A DNA stretch of 41,476 nucleotides from Sarea resinae. Taxonomy: Eukaryota. The notes beneath the pieces are model-generated. The model saw only the letters and a program-made list of their open reading frames with translations. It did not search any database and was not told the DNA's origin. Position numbers and translations under genes: made by a program. The DNA is taken from positions 558,001 to 599,476 of the forward strand of contig JAPEUD010000007.1 of the NCBI GenBank assembly GCA_026026165.1, written 5' to 3'. Shown one piece after another: positions 35,721-41,476 of the stretch. How positions within the stretch are numbered: the stretch's first letter is position 1; each line of letters starts with the position of its first letter.

Positions 35721-37433
35721 TTACTGACTCGACCACGTCAACCGCGACGCATCCCTCTCGTCCTCGTCATCAACATCATCATCGGCCTCATCCCTATCCT
35801 CATCCACGTTGCCCCCATCCTCGGCTATGATGCCACCACCATCGGCCAGATCCAACGCAGCAAGCGTCTCGGCACGCCTCAAGGCCCGCCTCCGCATCTC
35901 CCCCACCGATGACGAACTCGCGGTCCCGCGGCTCACGACCGTAGGAGCCTGGCTGCTGAACGAGGTGGCGAACGTGGCACTGCTGGCGGGGCGACGTGAC
36001 GGGCCCCACGACCAGAGCCGCAGCCCCAGGCCGCTGGAGGACCGGTCGAAGTTGTTGGACGACGACCACCGGGGCTGCGGCTGCGGCTGGGCGGCGAGAT
36101 CGTCGTCGTCGAAGTCGAAGTGGCCGCCTATGCCGAGGAAGTTGAGGCTTCGGATGGGGCTGTGTGATGGTGATGGGGGTGGGGGTGGTGCGTTGGCGTC
36201 CGCGGGAATCATGTCTAGGATCTGTGAGAGAGGGTCCGAGTAGTGTCGCCTTTGGCGGTAGGTATGAGCACGAGCGGCTGCCGAGCCCTGGGTATTTGTG
36301 CTGGAGATGGCGTATAGGGCATGTTGGGGCACGTCGTCGGTTTTGAGAGACACGGCCGAGGAGCGCCGTTGATGGCCGTCGTCGATTTCGCTTGAGGGGT
36401 GCGTCGATGGCACGGCGGTGTTCTGGCCATGCGAGTGCATGCAGTGGCAATTGGTATCGCACTTGCAGGTTGCGCGTTGTAGAGCTAGCTTTTGGAGAGT
36501 CTTTTCTCGGCGCATGATGGCAATGCGTGATTGGGGTAGGGCATTCGCCTGCTCGTTTGGGGTTTCTGCACCACGGTTCATGGAGGGGGATGCCTTTGGA
36601 GCATCGTGCGATTGAGATCCATGGTTTGCTGTGGAGTGATCTGCTGCCGTTGGCAAGGCTTTGTCATGTGCACCAGCTGAGCGGATGTTGATTTGGCCTG
36701 AGTCGCCAATAGCCTTCTCCGTAGAGGCCGGCTTACTGATGCGAAAGTCGGCCTTCCTAATCCTTCTCAATAATCGCTTGGCTGCTCTCCGCAAAACTCC
36801 AAAGCGTTTGTCAATGAACGAGGTAACATTATGCCCATTTTCCGAGAAGTGACTTCTCGTAATACCATTTGATCCTCTTCGTTTAGTGTTGAAGGATTCT
36901 CCTCCAGCAACAGACAAGGTATGCCCTTCTCGCGATGAAGGCCGCGAGCCTGACAGTTGTCTTGGATTGCAATTATTGGGAACAGCATCGAGCGTAGGTG
37001 GGCGCTCTGAGATACTGCTCAGGCTTCCAAGAACAGTTGCTCTGGAGACAAGAGGCAAGATAGCAGCCTGGTTCGAACACGTAGGACCCACTCTCTGGCT
37101 GAACTGTTTCTCTTCCGGACCATCGAGATCTGTTTGCTGGGAGACGAGTGTGGTCTGCGTAGAGTTCCCTCCAATCCCGAACAGCTGTCCATGACACTTC
37201 GTGCAACGAATCCTGAAATGCTGATTGGCGTTGCGCGAGAGCAGTATCGGGACCCTGTCATGCCAATGGTGACATTTCTGACAACTCATGTGTAGGACCG
37301 TCTCGAAAGTGCTTGTTCGGGATATGTTTGTGTCTGAACGGGAAGGGTTGCTGAACGTTCGCCATAGAGCATGATCTTGCGGAAGCCGATCGGAAGAGAT
37401 TGAGGTTCGCCACACATCATCTGGCGCTGACAT
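35721..37433 (-). CDS. Uncharacterised 570-aa protein with CxxC...CxxC and CxCxxxCxC motifs
   Basis: Long uninterrupted ATG-initiated ORF between two known genes; CQKCHHWH...CTKC...LFGIGGNSTQTTL and RREKT...CKCDTNCHC within otherwise Ser/Pro-rich sequence. Confidence 0.7.
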   Translation of the reverse strand: MSAPDDVWRTSISSDRLPQDHALWRTFSNPSRSDTNISRTSTFETVLHMSCQKCHHWHDRVPILLSRNANQHFRIRCTKCHGQLFGIGGNSTQTTLVSQQTDLDGPEEKQFSQRVGPTCSNQAAILPLVSRATVLGSLSSISERPPTLDAVPNNCNPRQLSGSRPSSREGHTLSVAGGESFNTKRRGSNGITRSHFSENGHNVTSFIDKRFGVLRRAAKRLLRRIRKADFRISKPASTEKAIGDSGQINIRSAGAHDKALPTAADHSTANHGSQSHDAPKASPSMNRGAETPNEQANALPQSRIAIMRREKTLQKLALQRATCKCDTNCHCMHSHGQNTAVPSTHPSSEIDDGHQRRSSAVSLKTDDVPQHALYAISSTNTQGSAAARAHTYRQRRHYSDPLSQILDMIPADANAPPPPPSPSHSPIRSLNFLGIGGHFDFDDDDLAAQPQPQPRWSSSNNFDRSSSGLGLRLWSWGPSRRPASSATFATSFSSQAPTVVSRGTASSSSVGEMRRRALRRAETLAALDLADGGGIIAEDGGNVDEDRDEADDDVDDEDERDASRLTWSSQ

Positions 37434-38698
37434 CCTTCACCGACGGATTCTCCGGCAAGGCTGTCAGAGGCTGGTGAGTAGCAACCCAATTATGGACTGT
37501 ACTGGGGCCTCTGGAGATATTTGTTGCTGGTGAATTGGCTTCAGCGTGATCGTCATTTGTCAGCGTCAGGGAAGCCTCTCCATCTCCGTCCCCATGACCA
37601 CCCAATCGTTACTGGAAAGAGGACTGACGTGAAGTCACAGCTGACATGTATAATGATTGAACCTGGTGTCATATGTCTGGTCAAATAGAAACGTCAGCAG
37701 CAGCAAGCAATCGACCTCATATATGCCACGGGAAGATTTTTGTATGGGATCTAGAGGGACATTAGTATCAGGCGAAAGATAAGTTGCATCATGGCAAGGC
37801 TCAGCTCTCAGCCTCACGCATCGGAAGCCGACAAGGCGTCCAGCTGGTCCGTTCATTCAGGCTGCCACCTTGGCATTTGCAGCTTGCAATTCTTCCGACT
37901 TCATCACGAAGTTGCGAGGGCCATCGAATCAAGCAATTGATCCTTGTCGTGACAGTGAGCCTACAAAGTACTGCATGGGCCGTTCGAGGAATGTGCGACG
38001 GTGCCGCTTATCGAGAGCTGGCGCCTGGCGTTGGAATCTCGTATGTATGGTAGATGACACCGCCACAACTGCGGTGGTGAGGTGTCCGCCTACTGCGCGT
38101 TAGGTCGGATTCAAGTCAAGTGGCTGGTGCCTACCAAGCTTATCGAGCGGTGTGGCGCCATCATCGGTGGGGTCTGCTATCTACTACGTAGTAGGTACGG
38201 GGTCTGGGGTTGTGACCGTGTAATTGCGCCATGGATCTCGCATCCCCCGCACGCCTTCGAATGGGCACGAATTAATCGATGCGTTGATCGATGCCACTGT
38301 CTGTTCTTTTGTTCGTGATCTGCTCGCTGTGATAGCCAGGCCTCTACGACCCTGAATGGCATACCATCAGCGCCTGAGATTGTCGTGCCTAACCACAAAT
38401 CGTATTTGGTCCTGAGGTAATTTTCACTCACAGTCGCACGGCAGGCACGAGAGCCCCGCTGTCAATGATATATGAAACGTCCGGCTTGATTTTCTTTTCA
38501 TTTGCCTACGGACCAATTCCGCTCGACCTGTTTGGTATCTCGCTTTGCTATCTAAGTCATCGAATTTCTGGCAGCTAGAAGATTCATGGAGAGAATGAGA
38601 AGCAGAATGAATCCCGAGGCAGTGATCTCCTCAAGGAACAGGAATTGATCATCTGAGCTGGTCATGTTGGACAGGACTCGAGACGCAAGTCTACCCAT

Positions 38699-40453
38699 CT
38701 ACTCCTTGGCAGCTTGGGCATAAGACTTGTGCTGGGGGTCCGCATGGCCGTTGCCATTCTGCAACGTCGTCGCCGCAGATCCATTCTGGTCGTTGTCTGC
38801 AGATCCATTCTGGCCGCGCATCGTATGCCCATTCTGCGCTTTCACCACGTTGCCGTTGGAAAGCTTGACGTCGCCATTCAGCACAATCTCCGTTTCCTCC
38901 CCATTAGGCAATAGCACCCTCGCTACGCCGTTCTCGAGGCTCTTCATGATGATATCCGCCTCACGGTAAACACCTTTGACCGCGTCACCAGCGACTTTCT
39001 CGAGGAATTGAAGATCGCTTTGCGTCTTCTTCGTGGCGGCCGAGCGATTCGAGTAAGAGCGGATAAAGAAACGAACGAAAAGCCAGCTATGTAATTCCAC
39101 CATCAGTGATGAACGTGAGCAATCTGTAGTGACAATGATGACTTACGTTAAAGGAGCCAGGTACAGAACATTTAGGTAGATAGCGAAAGCTTCACCAGTG
39201 GTATCGACGCATGAGACTCTCTTGAACTCCTTGCGGTAGCGAATATCTTCGACAACGGATTGTGCTGCGTGGACTGCCTCCGAACCAAATCTATCTCCCT
39301 GGCTATTGCGTACGTTTTCCGCAAGACCTTCCTCACCTGCGGCACGAAGGCCCACTTTCTTCAGCCATCCACCGACGCCTGCTCCCGCCGACGCCGTGGC
39401 TACTTCGGCTAGTGACGTGGCGGCCGAGGTGACAGCCGATGATGCCTTTGATGCGGCGGCAGGAATTCCAGAGACGAAAGTGTACGGCACGGTGACAGGA
39501 ACGTCGTAGGAGATGAAGAGATGGGTCAACGCAAACGATACTCCAACGACGAATTGACAGATTTGTAGTGTTGTCAGCGATCGCTTGACGCGTTGGGGTA
39601 CGCGGATGCCGAGGGCTGAGAGGGTGTAGTATGAGTACTTTTGTTTTGATTAGCTCACTGTGCAGGCAAAACGATAAAAGAATTTACGCACCATGAGCGA
39701 GTGAATGGCCGCGTTCACAAGAACAAACATCCAAATTGGTGGGGCCATGTATCGAATACCGGCCCACATACACATCATTGCACCGGCATGGTGGTATGTC
39801 TGCAGTGTCGAGCTCCTCTTTCCCTTTGCTAGGATGATCGCCGTATCCAGAACCTCATAGAACTTCGAGAGGTAAAAGAGCCAGCCGTAAAATGCAAGTC
39901 CCTCGTTCCAAAGTCGGCCAAGATCCGATGAGTCAGGAGAACCTCCGGCCAATTTCACAGCCGGGTTGGTGGCGCCCCAGGTGCTCGAGGTGATGTTATA
40001 TGGGATTGCATTACCCAGCCCGCGAGGTCCATGGATTTGGCAGAATGCGTCTACCGTCTCGGCGAAACCATTCTCGCCCTTGTATCCTTCTGGCCAAGAC
40101 CGGCGCCATGCATTCACCATTCCTACACACGTCCAGGCCGAATAGACGGAAAGGAAAACATTATGGGCAACGACGAAAAAGTGGAAGGCTCGGGTCTTGC
40201 TGATGGCCCATGGCTGGTTCTTTCTCTGCTTGTTCACCGCGTTGACGATGGTGACGGTCACGGCGTAGAGCAATGCAATGGTGACTGGCGTCTTGATGGA
40301 GAGAAGCTGACTGTAGAGGGTCGGGTTGATGGGAAATGGATTCTCAAGAGAGAATTCGCGGGGAGGTGACGGGAGAACCTCTGGGATCGAGGCAGGCGGA
40401 AACTTGAAGAGCGATGCGGACGGCAGGGAGAAGTGCACCGTCGGCTTTGCCAT
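38699..40453 (-). CDS. GNS1/SUR4 (ELO) family fatty acid elongase-like membrane protein, 3 exons (alternative start 40474)
   Basis: HNVFLSVYS, FYLSKFYEVLDT, LQTYHHAGAMM, NAAIHSLM|YSYY, LTTLQICQF motifs. Confidence 0.9.
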
Positions 40454-41259
40454 GGCGATGGCAGTAATGTTCATTCGTATTGACGAAGGAGTCTCGTCGC
40501 GAAGATCGACGGGCGATCCTGTAGCACTAGCAACTTGGAAAGTTGCTGCCCGGCGAATTGAGCGTGCGAGTGGAAGAGTGGAGATTTCAATGCGAGTGCA
40601 ATGGAAGAGAAGAAGAAGTGGATGGATCTGCTCTCTTGGACTAGATACTGCCAAAGTGAATTGGTGCACCCAGAGTCTCTGCAGCGTCGCCGCGGCTCCA
40701 GGGAATGAAGTAGGCGCCCGGAGTGGAGGATGGTGATCTCAGGCTCCGACGTTCAGTGGATTGTTGACGATAGGAAGAGGATCGACCGCACAGATAAGGT
40801 GGTCGTGAAAGGAATGAGAGTGCGATTCCCGGGATCAGAGTCCTCTGGTTGCCTCTGAAAGTGCCCGAACCTTGAATCCGCAGCCCACGACAAGGTTTGA
40901 CGGTCAACAATTGACGACTCTACCGTGCGCATACAGGATTTGTTACGAATGGCCTACTCATAGGACTGCGTCCACAAGCTACTTCGTACCTACAGCAATC
41001 ACCGCGGCTGCAACGTTTTTTTTGTTGAGGAACGGCCGTCACTCAACCGATGACGGTGTGTCGGACAGCGGGTTATCCGCATCCGGGCCGTCCAACAATG
41101 GCTGGACGTACTGGATAGGTCCATGGGCATCCGATGGCAGGCAGGGTACGGCCCCGAAAGGGCCAAGGGCCAGCGGACCACAGATGCGCAACCACTAAGG
41201 CGGGGCGGATCACCTACATAGTACGCAGATCAAGCACAAAGAAGGGAGGGATTGGTCAT

Positions 41260-41301
41260 CCTCCTCCTCCTCCTCCTCCTCCTCCTCCTCCTCATCATCA
41301 T
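41260..41301. repeat. (CCT)11(CAT)3 microsatellite
   Basis: Directly visible trinucleotide run. Confidence 0.9.
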
Positions 41302-41349
41302 CTAGGGATCAATCGATGGAAATACTACAAAGTATCACCGTTGTTCCGT

Positions 41350-41381
41350 CGTGGTTGAATGCGTGGTTGAATGCGTGGTTG
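41350..41381. repeat. 12-bp tandem repeat CGTGGTTGAATG, about 2.7 copies
   Basis: cgtggttgaatg cgtggttgaatg cgtggttg. Confidence 0.85.
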
Positions 41382-41476
41382 TTGTTGTTCCTCCCCCGGG
41401 GTTCCTCCCTCTCTGGTGTTCTTTCTTTTGCCAGACGTTGCAGACGACGCAGATCTCCCCGGGCGCCATCTGCAGG

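Noticed and set aside
37417..37605. 62-aa ORF overlapping the orphan start in another frame (possible frameshift or upstream exon)
   Set aside because: Non-ATG start, and no slippery site or convincing splice signals joining it to the main ORF.
41350..41381. Direct repeats as a possible CRISPR or mobile element end
   Set aside because: Simple tandem repeat without spacers in a eukaryotic intergenic region.

Overview
Gene-dense, intron-rich eukaryotic DNA from a filamentous ascomycete (Pezizomycotina-type GT..CTRAC..YAG introns, mostly about 50-60 nt). I reconstructed 17 protein-coding genes by splicing the ORF fragments by hand. In order: LEU2 (+), SDA1 (-), a UGA4-like amino acid/GABA permease (-), prefoldin subunit 4 (+), a DHA1 MFS transporter (+), a small PPxY-motif protein the ORF track misses (-), APC10/DOC1 (+), a cupin (-), DML1/misato with a GC-AG first intron (-), an AhpC-TSA/PRXL2-like redoxin (+), RPS5 (+), then four consecutive secreted glycan hydrolases (protist-type GH25-like lysozyme, GH5, SLT/GH23-like lysozyme-fold protein, GH55), an intronless Cys/His-motif orphan (-) and an ELO-family elongase with a QxxHH box (-). 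I found no rRNA, tRNA, CRISPR array or transposon. The best candidate for an undescribed system is the 10.5-kb block of four secreted wall-lytic enzymes, two with lysozyme-type folds; whether it is a functional cluster is inference only. Family calls rest on recalled motifs, not database searches.
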